From the NCBI GenBank assembly GCA_013239625.1, contig MU053881.1, forward strand, positions 9,447,957-9,511,956: DNA of 64,000 bases. Reading direction: 5' to 3'. The notes beneath the pieces were generated by a model, which worked only from the letters and a program-made list of their open reading frames with translations, did not search any database and had not been told where the DNA came from. Shown one piece after another: positions 38,081 through 51,074 of the stretch (position 1 is its first letter; the number at the start of each line of letters is the position of its first letter). Source of the DNA: Lama guanicoe. Lineage: Eukaryota. The position numbers and the translations under genes were made by a program.

Positions 38081-39159
38081 GTTACATACTGTTTTACAGT
38101 GTTTATGACCTGGTAATAAACAGGGGTTCCCAGTTTCTTACAAGGTTTCTGTTGATCAAGAAAAACCCCAGGAAGAGAAACTTTGCCATTCTGCTAAGAT
38201 GTCGTATACCCTTAACAGGCGGAATAGTTAAGTGGAGAGATGTGTAGAAATAAATAGAGGTATTATTCTTAAATAATGTTTACCAAAGGCAGAGAAGGAA
38301 CAGAGCAGACACAAACTAAGTGGACCGAGACATCCCTACATTTGGATGGAGAAAAAGTGTACACAAGCAGAGGCAGGCTGAGTAAGAAAGACATGAGAGT
38401 ACCAGCCAGCCAGTGACATGGAAAGGGACCAAATGCAAGAAGCTATTCTTGTTGAAGTTCTACTTCCCTTGGACACCAGTGGATCCACCTACAGGATGCT
38501 CTTCCAATTTAGAATTTGCTTCCCTAGATGCAAGATCTAGATCTCTCCATCCCTACCCAACTCACACATCTGGATTCGGCCCTCCTGTCTACCTCCCCAG
38601 TATCACACCTTCATGTAACACTCAACTCTCTTCTGATCATATTTCCTCCTTTGACAAGGAAGCCATTTGATTATCATCCCACCAGTGTCTTCCAGTCCCT
38701 GATTCAATGACAGGTATCTCTGTCTCAGACACTCCCAGATGGATTCTTTTTGTTGCTTATATTAGGAATGATACTAGCTTCATATGGAATAAGTGTAACT
38801 TCTACATTTTGTGGTCCATCGAGGTGAGCAGCTTAAAACACAAGCATGGGCACACTCACATGTGTAGAGACACTTCTAGGACTGAATCCTATACATCAGT
38901 CATCGTCTTGGTATTAGATGTACGGAAGGTAAAACTATGATCCCCTTCCCACTGGATCTCCTATGGCCCAGAGCAGAAGGAAGGCATGCAGAAGTCCACA
39001 GAACAAGATGCGGACAAGGTAGCATGTGTGCTTCCTTTGCTGAAAATATTCACAGATGATCTCAAAGAGGAGGAGATGCATGACTAGAGATCTGAGAGAT
39101 AATGGGCGGCTTGTGAAGTGGGAGGGCGGGGTGAGGGTGGAGTCAACACCTACTGATTT

Positions 39160-39680
39160 CTGCCTGTTGAACTGCCCTTCTTCTTGCCTTTGATGACAGC
39201 AACATCAATTACCTGAGGGAACCCCCCCCATCTCACCATGTGATTCATTCCACCTCTGATTCAGGGCCACTGTGCATCCCACTGACGTGACCAAGAGATT
39301 AGTTTTGTGATGGATAGAGTTCTTTAGGCAGACTAATGAGACTTGAATGTGGGACTTTTATTATAATAGGTGAGAAAGAAGCAGCCTCTCTTTGTGGAGT
39401 TGCCTATGGGTAGAATGTAATTTGGAGCAGTTGGCAAGCCATCTTATAATCACAAGGGAAAGCCTGTCTGAGTGTAGACATTACAGAGGAAAGCAGAACG
39501 GACAGATGGAGAATAAGACCAATACCTGATAAAAATCACTAAAGCGCCTGGATCCAGCTATGCCTGAAACTGCCACAAATTGACCTCAAATTTTGCAACT
39601 GTGTGACTCGAGTGTTTTCCTTTTTCACTAAAGTCAGACTGAATTGTATTCTGTTTTCTGCATTTAAAGGGCTCCTAATG
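39160..39680 (+). mobile_element. MLT1K-like solo LTR
   Basis: ggcaagccatctt, gaaagcctgtctgag, agaggaaagcaga, gcgcctggatccagctatgcctgaa, 3' ctaaagtcagactgaattgtattctg. Confidence 0.78.
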
Positions 39681-39736
39681 GCGGAGATGGGTGGGTGGTG
39701 TATGTGAGAAAGATTTTGAGGGACTGCGGGGTGGAG

Positions 39737-40123
39737 AGTTAGGGGCTGAGATGTATTCTCTGAAAATTCACATGCTGAAGTCTTAGACCTCAGAGCTTTA
39801 GAATGTGACTATACTTGGTGACAGGGTCTTTAAAGAGGTAATTAAGGTTAAATGACATAACTGGAGGGGGCCCTAATCCAGTATGACTGATGTCCTTTCA
39901 GAAGAGGAGAGGAGGACACAGACATGTACACAGGGGACACCATGTGAAGACAAAGGGAGAGACGACACCTACAAACTAAGGAGAGAGACCTCAGAAGAAA
40001 CCAACCCCACTGACACCTTGATCTTGGATTTCTAGCTTCGAGAACTGTGAGAAAATAATGTTCTGTTGTTCAAGCCATTGAGTGTGCACTGCTTTGTTAT
40101 GGACGCTCTAGCAAATAGAGGCA
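39737..40123 (+). mobile_element. Near full-length MLT1B solo LTR
   Basis: aaaattcacatgctgaagtc...gaatgtgact...agggtctttaaagaggtaattaag...gccctaatccagtatgactg...cctcagaagaaaccaaccccactgacaccttgatcttgga...gaactgtgagaaaataa...tttgttatgg...ctagcaaa. Confidence 0.93.
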
Positions 40124-42049
40124 GGCTCCCAGGAAGAAAGATTACCAAGGATAAAGGACCAGGGTTGTCAAGATAGGTCCGTTTAGAAGTGATGATAGGT
40201 TGAAAGCTCTAAGGTAGAAAGGAGACAGCGTAAAGTATGCTCAAATGGACACAGAAAGTGAAAGGGACGTATGCCACTTTCATCACAACTTTGTTTTGTT
40301 TCCTTCTCTCTTCCTTTTACAGAATCCCCCTGTCCAGGATGGAGGACAAGCCACAGCACTTAGTTTTTAGACACTGTGACTTAAGGCTTCGAATACCTAT
40401 TTGTTTTGAAATGCATCAGGGTCCCACTTGTGCCACATATAATCAACCTTTCCTGCTAAGTTGACGGAATAACTCTCTTCCGCAAGAGCCCCGCGATTGT
40501 GATGTGCAGAGTCTGATGAAAGTCTGGCATTTTCAAGTTGGTCTCTTCAAGTAGCCTGGCTTCTAAGAAATGGGTTATTGTGATTTTTTGCTTCAAAATG
40601 GTATGCGGTTCTTTCGTCTGTGCACAGCAGAGTCCTGAGGAAACAAAGTATAGCCTGGCCTTTAAACAATGATGACTTAAAAACAAAACAAACAAAAAAA
40701 CCCCCCAATTCTTGAATCTTCAAAAACTTCTGCACCTCAAGGACACACTCTCACTATGAACCACAGTGAAGTTCTTCAGCTCTGGGAGTTAGAGGGAAGG
40801 AGAGGGAAAATGAAGGATGATTCAAAAGTTGGAGGAAAGGAATGAAGGAACTCTGCTTGAAAAAAAGAGAATTTTAAAAATGGGATTTGTTTGCCCTTAG
40901 CTCGGGTGTGCGGTGGACTCATTACCGACTAAATTCTTCATGTTTCGTCTGGATACACAAAGACAGAGCTGGAGCCGGTAACTCAAGGGAACCAGTCTTC
41001 TGTGTTATTTCTAACTCCCCACTTATTAAAGTTAGACCAGTGCTATTTCCTCTGGATCTACGAGTTTTAGCAGAGACATTTTAAAGTGCTCTTTACTCGC
41101 TTGATAGAAAGCATCTGGGCATTCTTGAGTGTTTTCATGGATTTTTACCCATGCTCATAAAAAAACCATAAGGTTCTTTTTTTTTCTTTTTTAAAGCACC
41201 ATTTTGCTTCCTGATATAATTGTTTACTAATTTTCTGATCACTGTATAAATCACGTCCTCCATATCAGGCTGTCATACACACACGGACAGTTCTGGGGAG
41301 TTAAAAAAAATTTTTTTAGAAATTATACTTCCTTCTCAGACTCACGGATGCTCGCTTTCAGTCTCGCCTGAAATATTTTCTGTTGAGTCACTCTAAAAAC
41401 AGCTCTTCTACATGTTTTTTAGGCTTAGGGGGGTGGGGGAATGAAATAAAGTGCTTTTTTAAAAATCCTATTAAAGACATTCTATGTTAACAAGCATTTT
41501 CTTGTTTTTATAATGGAAAAAAATGTTAAGCACAATTTCACTCTCACTAATTGTAATAAAGCAGATTTGCTTTTAGACTGAAAAACAATAAACTCTCTGA
41601 TTCAACAGCAGCCAACCCAAGGCAGGGTTTGAAATCCCAGTGAGGATGTGGATGTGCCTTATAAATGGGTGTCATTTTATGGATAGGTCAGGGTTTTAGG
41701 CCCTCCCTAAAATGTGTATTTCCACCTGGTTTCCTGCTTGACAGTTTTAGACATTGAGCTATAAATGGAAAAAAAAAAAAAGAGCAGGAGACATTGTTTT
41801 GCTAAAACTCATAGTTCTACATACGAAGATATGGCTTTTCTATTTAAAAATAAAGTTTGCATAAATCTGCATGAGCAGACAGCTGCAGTTATACTGACTT
41901 TCAGAAAAAAATATTTATCTAATTCCTACACAAACAGCAAGGTCAGGCTTTTACGTTCCACCTTCTCCAGCAGGCTTCCAACCTCCGAGCCCACGGTGAC
42001 GGTCTCCCTCCCTGAACTCATGGACTATTTATCGTTGCCGCCACTGATT

Positions 42050-42225
42050 TGGCACTTTGCGTATGCTACCTGGCGTTGTTAATTATCTTTTTTATGTACA
42101 CGTCCTGTCTGCCCAAGTAGCTGACTCTCCTTGACTGTAAGGGCAATATCTTAGAGTACTTTGTATCACCAGCACGTAGCAAAGTGCTTTGCTAGAGTAG
42201 GTTTTCAACATCTGTTTTTAGATGA
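42050..42225 (+). mobile_element. L2 3' end
   Basis: ctttgtatcaccagcacgtagcaaagtgctttgctagagtaggttttcaaca. Confidence 0.65.
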
Positions 42226-42476
42226 TGGTGGTGATGATGCAATAAAGGAGAGGCATTATTCTGTTTGCCCTGGGACATGAAGGCAACTTGAAAATCCTCT
42301 GCTATAACCAATCATAAAGCCTTGTATGTTATAGGAACTTAGCCAAGTTTGGCAAATTTTAAGCAATTTTCTTTCACTCCAAGGAAGCTGGTATTCAGCT
42401 ACTGAGTTAATTCTCATTGCATTTCTGTAGACAAGTTTATTCTTCAAACAGATTCTTATTCATTAAAACCTTTGGT

Positions 42477-42661
42477 CAGTGGTTCTCCCTCCTGGCTTTA
42501 TAGCAACACTGCCTGCAAAGCTTTATAAAATAAAGATGCCAGGGTCCCACCCAAGATCTAAAATATCAGAATATTTGGAGAGAAAATTCAATAATCTGTG
42601 GGGTTTTTTTTAAATCCTTCTATTGATGATTCTAATGTGCAAACAGGTTTGAAAATCATTG
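42477..42661. mobile_element. MER5B-like MITE
   Basis: TIRs cagtggttctc...tttgaaaatcattg; gatgccagggtcccaccc; tgatgattctaatgtgca. Confidence 0.8.
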
Positions 42662-43261
42662 AAAAATCCTACTCATGGACTGTATTCTTGCCAACATCTA
42701 GCCTTATTTTTCCCCTTTTGAAATGTTTTACAGACTTGCCATATTATTTAAATATTAAACCCTACCTGAAGAATGGGTGCATACAAAGAAAGGAGTGATC
42801 AAATAGCTATAATTTATGTGTGTCTGTGTACCCACATACTTCTTCATTTCCCACATTGTTTTACAAAAGATTTGAAGCAGCTTTTAGAAAACTTTAATCA
42901 TCAAGGGAATTGAATCGAAGAAACAAAACAGCAGGGAGGAAAAAAAAAAGGGGGGGGGAGGAAATTCAGGAGCATAGTATTTGCAAACTGGGGTGCCCAG
43001 TGCCCTTTCAAAGGCTGAGGGTAGTGCACGGATTTATTTAAGTCCATGTTTCCCAGCAGCCAAGAGCCATTCTACAAGGAGCCTAAACTGTGTGATTATT
43101 CAGGAAGGAAATTTGAGAGAATGAAGAAGGTCTTTCAGGTAGTCTTCCAGAGATATTATTTCTAGTGACTGTGTTTTCGATAATAACGCATAGAAGTTTA
43201 AGACGCTGCAAACATGACAGCCTCGGGTGGCGGTAGTCCCCACTGCTAAGGGCGGACTCAC

Positions 43262-43307
43262 TGGCTTGACCATCAGTTGTGTAGAGGGACAATTCTGGTT
43301 CTTTTTG
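43262..43307 (-). other. Candidate 46-nt exon of an unidentified minus-strand transcript
   Basis: Minus strand: ...ggatttttatttttag|CAAAAAGAACCAGAATTGTCCCTCTACACAACTGATGGTCAAGCCA|gtgagt; splice-site pattern only, no homology recognised. Confidence 0.3.
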
Positions 43308-43709
43308 CTAAAAATAAAAATCCAAATGGAGACACATGCTTGAGATGCTGAAAGCCCGTCTCTAGAGTTACATGGGCAAAAGCAGGCTCATTTCAACGGG
43401 GCCAAATTTTTCCTCAGAAAACCGTTCTCAGTCAACTTTAACACTGGATAGATGGGCCTTTCTTCAGTGTATAACCCCAAACTCCCTCAAGTTGAGCTGT
43501 GCATCCAATTGTTTCTTAAATGTAACATTTCAATAAATACTCAATTAGGTTTACTGCCCTTACAGGCCTTTCAAATAGACGGCCGGCCACCCTCAGCTTT
43601 CCATCAGTATCTAGTCATGCTGTAGATGTCTTTTTTTTTTTTTTAATGAGCATATTTAATCTGAGAGAGTAAACCAAAAGTACACAATTAGGATGCCGAG
43701 AAGAGACAA

Positions 43710-43910
43710 GCTGTAGAGCAAAGGCTTCCTGGAGAACTGAATTTCTGCCTCCCACCATTCACCAGTCGCCTGGCCTTGAACACATCCACTCCTCACGTGC
43801 ACAATTTGTTTTCCCAGTTTTACTCAGTCCCACTGTATTGCTGAGCACTGTTGCTAGGATTAAAGGGGAGAGTGTCACTAAACATGTTTTTGTAAAGTGT
43901 AAGATGCCTG
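43710..43910 (+). mobile_element. Old MIR fragment
   Basis: gaactgaatttctgcctcccacc...tggccttgaac...tgttgctaggattaaag...ttttgtaaagtgtaa. Confidence 0.55.
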
Positions 43911-46019
43911 CTGAGTGCATGTATCCGTTTTTCCTGGGATTCCTGAAGAACCCTAGTCCAGAGACTGAAGAGGAGAGATCTTGACCTCTTACGACTCACT
44001 GAGAAGCAGCCGTGGACAGGTTCACACACACACACAGGGTCCTGCCTTGCTCTTGTCCCCTCATGTCTGCACAGGAGTGCCACGGTGACTCAGTTTTCAT
44101 GGTCCTCAACTTACTAGCACAGGGCTGGGCACTAAAGTACAAAAATATGCCACTTCAGCATCCTAACTCCAACACATCCTTTTCATTGCTTTTCTTCTCA
44201 TTTGCAAGATCTGGCACATTTGTTTTATTTGTGCACTCAGTTATGCACTTATGACTTATGGCAATGCTTACAAGCACTGACTGGCCTCAGCATTTGTCTT
44301 CTTCCCAAGTCACATCCACAACTAGACTGTAAGCCCCAGGAAGGCAGGCATCACACCTGTCTGCATCCCCAAAACCTTGTGAAGTATGAGACACGCAGAA
44401 GGCACACAATAGTGTGGCGGAGTTTCTCATCACTTGTTTATGTAAGATGAGAACCACACCCCCCTTTTTCAGGCGAGAAAATAGATTATCGAAGAGGGGG
44501 TGTCATTTGCCCAATGTAACGAGGCTAAATTGTGGCAGAGTTGAGATTGGAACCCGGTGCCATAGACTCTCATCAGCCTACAGTGTATTACATGCCTGGA
44601 TCTGATGCACAGATTCTCTAAGAACATCGGTGCCCTGGTCCAGCTCAGGGTTTCAAGTGTCACACAGCCGGTCTTACTTGGGATGCAATAATCTAATTCA
44701 ATTTATATGTATGAGCAGTGAAATCAGCTACGTCCTCAGTTTGGCCTATAAAATACAGTCTTTTTAATTTTTTTTCTTTTTTACTTTATATTGCCTACTG
44801 TATTCTTACACACAGTAGCTGAAACGTCCACAAATTTGGTTCTTAGCTTCCTTGTGACTGAAAGAATCTAACACTATTGGCTGTAAGAATCCGAGTGTCT
44901 GTAACCTACTCCCCCCAAAACACACCTGGGCTTTAAAGAGAAGCACTTACTATTATTTTTTTTTCATACCAAAATCTCACGTGTCTTTTCTCTTCTCTGT
45001 GAGTTTAATAAAGAGGTGTTATCCAGAGCCTCTTTTCCCAGCACTGATTTTCTGGGGGAAACAAACGTTGGAGTCAGTACCGACTGAGTTCAAAGTCCTC
45101 AGCAAACTTCTCTGTGACCCAGACCCTCGCATCTCAGAGGTCTGGTCTGCTAAAGAGGTGCGGTTCTCCCCGTATACACTCAAATCCTACCTCCTTTGTG
45201 TGGAAAAATAAGATTTCATGCACAATCAAGTTTATCTACCTCAAATCAATAAAAGCATTAAAAAAGATATAAAAGAAATACAGTTAACCAATTTAAATAT
45301 TATTGAAAGTCTTGTAGAACTACAGATATGCTGAATGTGAAATTTCCTAGTTGAAAGGTGTGTTGAAAGCGGTTCAGGCAACACTAGAATGCTTTCAAAC
45401 GATGCGCAGCCACTTATGAAAACCATTCAGGTGCTTTCCCTAATCTGAAAGGGAGTGCTTTTTCATAGCATTAGTTTTATAATGAGGCTTTTCAGGCAAA
45501 TTTCAAAGGGTGCATGGTTCACATACTTTAAACTAAATTCACTCATAATTTAGCATCCCACAAAAGCTAATGCTTAATTGTCTCTAAAGAGACTATAGAA
45601 GGAAAACATTTTCCTTATTCACAAACATAGAGCTAAACAGTGGGGCTCCCTCCCCTAACCAGCCCTCCCTAATTTTCATAGGAACAATGGCTCTGTCAAG
45701 AGCTGGTCATGAGGAGACGGGGAGGGCAGATGCCAGGGTGACTCCGGAGGCAGGGGCTTTGCACAGTATCGACAGCCAGCCCTGGTCTGAACACCCTCAG
45801 GGATAAAAACTTCAACCTGGAGGCTGGAAGGGATCAAGCTTTGTAAGCTATGTTGACACAGGATAGCGGATCCTTTACTATTGGTGGACACCTTGAGATA
45901 AGTCATTCACATTTGCTGAGCTCCACCCAACTTCCTCCAGGGCCAAGTGAGGAGGCTGTGCTTGACAGGTGATCTGGGGATCACAATGGCTGAGAGCACC
46001 GGCAGACAAGAAAGCCAGA

Positions 46020-46655
46020 GGCTTGGCTTCGTAATCCTTGCCCTGCCATTTCCCCATCTTGACTTTAGACACCGTCAACGAAACTCTCCCTGCCTCAACT
46101 GCCTCCTCTGTAAAGCAGGGATAATAATCGTGCAATCCTTCTGGGACTATCATGAATATTAAATGAGTTCATGCACATAAAAAACCCAGAATACAAGTTC
46201 TTTATCCAGTCATCTGTCGATGGATATTTGGATCGTTTCCATGTTTTGGCTAGTGTAAATAGTGCTGCTATGAACATTGAGGTGGCATGTATCATTCTGA
46301 ATCAGAGTTTCTCTGGATATATGCCCAGGAGTGGCATTGCTGGATCATACGGTAAGTCTATTTTTAATTTTTTGCAGAATCTCCATACTGGTTTCCATAG
46401 TGGCTGCACCAAACTACATTCCCACCAACAGTGTAGGAGGGTTCCCTTTTCTCCACATCCTCTCCAGCAGTTATCATTTATAGATTGTTTAATAATGGCC
46501 ATTCTGACTGATGCCAGGTAATAATCTCGTTGTAGTTTTGGTCTGCATTTCTCTGATACTTAGCAATACTGAGCATTTAAGAAATTAAAAAAAAAACCTA
46601 GAACAACGTCCAATTTGTGTAAGGAAGCACTATATACAGCTTAATGGCTATTACT
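46020..46655 (+). mobile_element. MIR SINE interrupted by an L1 insertion
   Basis: ctccctgcctcaactgcctcctctgtaaagcagggataataat...attaaatgagttcatgcacataaa then, after the L1, cctagaacaacgtcc...aagcact...ggctattact (MIR 3' end). Confidence 0.75.
46192..46578 (-). mobile_element. LINE-1 ORF2 C-terminal segment, antisense (probable inverted segment of a + strand insertion)
   Basis: Minus ORF 46302-46502 [63 protein letters not shown]; flanked by aaaaaacccagaa / aaaaaacctagaa. Confidence 0.95.
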
Positions 46656-48624
46656 CTCAGCATTACGACTACATCCTTCCCCACTCTGATTCTCTGAGTC
46701 TCTTGGAAAGGCAACAACCAGTTCTCTCACTTTTAGTCATTTAGCTTTCTTTCTTACAAGTTCTTTCAATTAGTGACTCCCTCCCTCCCCTTGGTGAAAT
46801 CTTTGGACTCTCTGTTTTTCCTTTTGTTCTAGAACCTTTGTCAATAGGAAGGCACAAATGCCTTTTGAGATGTGGGGGGTAGGGAGAGGGAATCCTTTTA
46901 AACACCTACGACAAGGAAGGTGGCAACAGTCACGGAAGATGGAAAATGTTGTATTTCAATGATTTGAGAAAGCCCCTTTGGCAACAGAAGTTTTGCACCT
47001 ATCCAATCCCAAGAAAACTGTAGAAAGAAGCTGATGAGAAAAAAAAAAGTATAAGACAGAAAAAAAATTTTTCACTCATGTAAACCTTTTAACTTCTCTA
47101 GTCATTTTCATAATTGGGACACTTGGCACAATTTGATAGTATCTTACATTGATTCTCAGGTTTTAAGACAATAATCATTCCATTATTATCTGCAGCCTAA
47201 GCACTGAAGCATAACCTCCTAATTAGGATTAAAAAAAAAAAACAAAACAGAGCCAGGAGCGGCCCCAGCAAGTCACAACAAGTCAATATTTTTAATAAGG
47301 ATTAATTAAAAAAAAAACTCTACAAGGTTGTATTAGAGGCAATTCTGGCATGTCTATTGATTAACAGTTGGCATTACATCTCATAAAGGGCTCATTATGT
47401 AAAGCATCAATCTAAGTGTGATGTTCCCCCCTTCTTAAATACTATTGACTTGTTTTGATGTGTTTTTTTTAAGCACAGTTTGGGAACCGAGAAGATTGAG
47501 AACTGGGTCTTGCAATCACATTGTCCATCACATTGCAGGACACCCAACAGAAATGGCAAAGAGGACTGATGTCCTTTTTTTTCCTTCCCACTCCAGTAGC
47601 CGGCTTCTACCGACTTCCCAGGCTGGCAGAGGAAATCTGCTGACCCACCCTGTCAGCCAAAGGGATCCAGATTTGCAACGGGTGTCATCCGCTCCCAGGC
47701 GGAGCGTCGGCTCAAGCTGGCATCCTCTCCAAGGAAGGGACTGAGTATTTTTCTTACCTGAAATAATTCTACGTGTCTTTGCTCCTCACTATTTCCTTTA
47801 TATATTTATTTACATGCAAATAAACAAGGGTGCCATTTGGAAACCAGTGCCCTTCTGAAGGCTGCAGCGCGTGGAATCTGCAGGAAGACAGCGAGGCCAC
47901 AGGTGCCTGCAACTCATGAATATGCAGCTCTGACATTTGAAACTCTTCCGCAGATTTCACAACCCCTTTCTTCATTGACACCAATTCACTCCCGATCACA
48001 AGGGTTTTCAAGTAAACAACATTGGTGGGAAGCTACTGCATATCCTTCCTGAAGAGATCTCCGTCCATGCTTCTTAAAAGATTGTACACTGATCCCCCTA
48101 ATAATACTTTAAATACAGAAAAACCTCGATTGAAATTTTTTAATAAAAAAAGAAAAGAAAAAACATAAAAAACCCTGTGTGGTTGGTGCTAGGTGGCAGT
48201 GCTGTGTAATTAAAACTCCAAAGGATTCCACTAGAATTTGTGACTCAGGCCACCTACTTTTCTAAACACAATCCTAAGGTATAATTATGAGTAAAATACA
48301 TTAGGAACTCATGGTTCTTTCTTAGAAACTCATTAAGAAGTCATGACGAAGCTTTTACCACTTGAAGGTCAGTATTTTTCAAAAAGAACCTAAAATAGGA
48401 TAAATCTATGTGTATTTGCTATGGATTTTTTTAAATGACCAAACTACGTAATACCAATAATTTACCAGAAAATGCACTGTTTATATACAACAAATTATGG
48501 TCTTCTATTATCTATGACATCATGAGCATGTAATTTAAAAAATCTTCCACCGGTAACCTAATGATACTAAAATCTAGAATACCTGCTGTCTGGATGCCAG
48601 CCTCTAGCATTACCAGGAACTAGG

Positions 48625-48780
48625 CATTCACTCATTTGTTACAAGTATCTATGAAGAACCAGTACATAGGCTAAGGACAGCATTAGACATGATGAAAGAG
48701 AAAAAAAGTGCATAATCCGTCATGGTCCTGATACTCAAGGATACTGTACCGGAGAAGGGAAAACTAAATAGCAAACAGAC
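48625..48780 (-). mobile_element. L2 3' end fragment
   Basis: cattcactcatttgttacaagtatctatgaagaacc...catggtcctgatactcaagga. Confidence 0.55.
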
Positions 48781-49039
48781 ATGGTAGAATATAAGGACCA
48801 GGCTTGAAGAAAGGCACAAGGTGGCCCCGAGGAAATGACTCCATGGGGTGGGGCAAGCCTCCAGTGGAGACTGAAAGACTTTGAGACTTGCCTCTGTTCC
48901 TCTCCCCTCCCAGTAAGATCGTTTCCCCGTAAATGATCTGCAGGGGAAAAAAAAAATAACTGAATCCCCTCCCACAGAGTGAGTGAAAGCATGGCTGGAC
49001 TAGCCCCAGCTTGGAGTGGGGACTTTGGAAAGTGCCCAC

Positions 49040-49180
49040 CTGAGTGGGTTATTCCAGCTCTACCCTTAACTAGAAGTGTGACAATGAGCAAGATGCTTAA
49101 ACCTCTCCCTGACTCAGTCCTATCGCTAAGCACAGCAAAACTGAACCTGCCTCGTGACGGCTATGAGGGTTGATGAGTAC
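49040..49180 (+). mobile_element. MIR fragment
   Basis: attccagctctacccttaactagaagtgtgacaatgagcaagatgcttaaacctctccctgactcagt. Confidence 0.75.
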
Positions 49181-49184
49181 AAGC

Positions 49185-49400
49185 TTTCTTTCCAAGGTAA
49201 TAAAAAGTGTCCTAAAATTAGCTTGTGGTTATAACTTCACCCGCTCTACAGATCTATTCCATAGATATCATTGAATGGTATAATTTACATAGGTGAACTT
49301 GATGAGATGTAAATTTTTATCAATAAAACATTTAAAAAGATAAACCAACTGTGGTATGTCTATGCCACAGAATATCACTAAGTAATAAAAAGGAAAAAAT
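49185..49400 (+). mobile_element. L1MB-like 3' end followed by a short ORF2-end fragment
   Basis: taataaaaagtgtcctaaaattagcttgtggt...cattgaatggtata...ggtgaact...tcaataaaacatttaaaaa, then gataaaccaactgtggtatgtctatgccacagaatat. Confidence 0.7.
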
Positions 49401-49424
49401 ATATATATGAAAAAAAGTTAATAA

Positions 49425-49622
49425 CTGGTGACCCTTGAACAATATGGGTTTGAACCGTGTGGGTCCACCTATATGTGGGTATTTTTCAATAGTAAATACC
49501 AGAGTAATAGACAATGTGTGGTCTGCGGTATCCACGGATGTGGAGGGCCAAAGCAAGTTATACCTGGATTTACTAATGGCCAGAAAGTCAGCAGCCCTAA
49601 TCCCCTAGCTCTTTCAAGGTAT
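49425..49622. mobile_element. Tigger2-family MITE (TcMar-Tigger)
   Basis: gacccttgaacaatatgggtttgaaccgtgtgggtccacctatatgtgg...tatccacggatgtggagggcc...gccctaatcccc...tttcaagg. Confidence 0.82.
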
Positions 49623-50045
49623 ATATAAAATGGTTTGGCCCAGTGTGTACATTCTAAAAATATGAGCTCATCTTTTAGCCCTTTGACCATAGGTTATATG
49701 ATCTTGGAAAGGTCACTTGGGACACTGGGAAAAATCTCCTGAGGCTTCAATTTCTTTCTTTTGAATGTGAGGCATTGGACTGCACTTCCCTGTAACGGAT
49801 TTCAGTTCCATGATTACTGTAGATGCCTGGAAATGACTTTTGAGTTTTCCCCACCTATTCTTCCAATGATTTCCCTTTCCAGTAGGGTACGGGCTCTGTG
49901 TGTGCTCTGGGGAGCTGTCCACCACCTTCAGCTGACCATACCAGCCCTTTTCAACCTAAAGAGCCATCCTTTCTTTTACACACTTTATGGAGCCTGAACC
50001 ATTTCTGAGTTGTGGATGGAAGAGAGAGACTATGACACTGTGGAA

Positions 50046-50210
50046 CAGTGGTTCTCCACTCTGGCTATGGATGAGGCATTTCTGGAAAACATGCCGATAC
50101 TCACACCCCTCCCCAGATTGACTGATTCTCAATCCCTGGTGGCACTTCAACATCAGTTGTTTCTCAAAAGCTTCTCAAGTGATGTCCACGTACAGAGCTG
50201 TGAACCAGTG
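50046..50210. mobile_element. MER5B-like MITE
   Basis: cagtggttctccactctggc...aaaagcttctcaagtgatgtcc...gaaccagtg. Confidence 0.72.
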
Positions 50211-51074
50211 CCAACTAAGTCCAGAGCAGTGTGAGATGTGTGATCATGTTCACCTAGACTGATTCAAAAGGAGGAGGTGCTGTTTGAACTGTATCTCGAA
50301 GGGCAGGAAGAGATGGATGTGAATATGTAATAAAGGAAAGGGATTCTAAGAAAGACAGCACCTCTCTCTGCTCCATCTTATTCTAGAGGATGAAGTACTC
50401 CTAGAGAGAACTGTATCAATAATCTAAGAAAGAAGCAGAAAGAAACACATTCTGAAGGGATGGTAGACAATCAAAACCCAGACCAGGAGATTGGCAAGGG
50501 AAGGGACTTAAAGGAAACAAAGAAAAAGGAAAATGCCCTGCTAGAGTTAGAGCACAAGGCAAAATGGAGAAAGCCCCTTAGCTAAGATCTATGTCTGCAT
50601 GATAAGGTAAATGCGTCTGCTGCTAAGTCAACTTCCGTGAATGCATCATATTCAATCAATGGGCTGCTTACTCTTCCTCCTCTGCTGCATATGATCCCAT
50701 CCTAATGCCAATCTCCAGTCCAACCCCGGGGTCCATTACTGCTAATCAAATCAGAATGTCAAGCCTACTTAATTGTAAGCCCCACACGCATTTTTTCTTC
50801 TGCTTGCCAAGAAATAAAGATAACTGGAGAACATTGGTCACATATCCAAACAATACGGTGACAGTCATACTGATGTCTAGACAAGGAACAAAGCAGGCCA
50901 AGAAAAGAAAGAGGAGGGTCTTATATTTTGTGCCTCTTCAGTATAAGGGATGAAGAAGGGCTCTGAATTACAAGTTTTATTATAAAAGGGTTATGGGCTT
51001 CTGCATAATTAAGGACTGACTATATGGTTCTCTCACACCCATGGATCCCTTCAGGTAAGGGTAAATTGCAGCCA

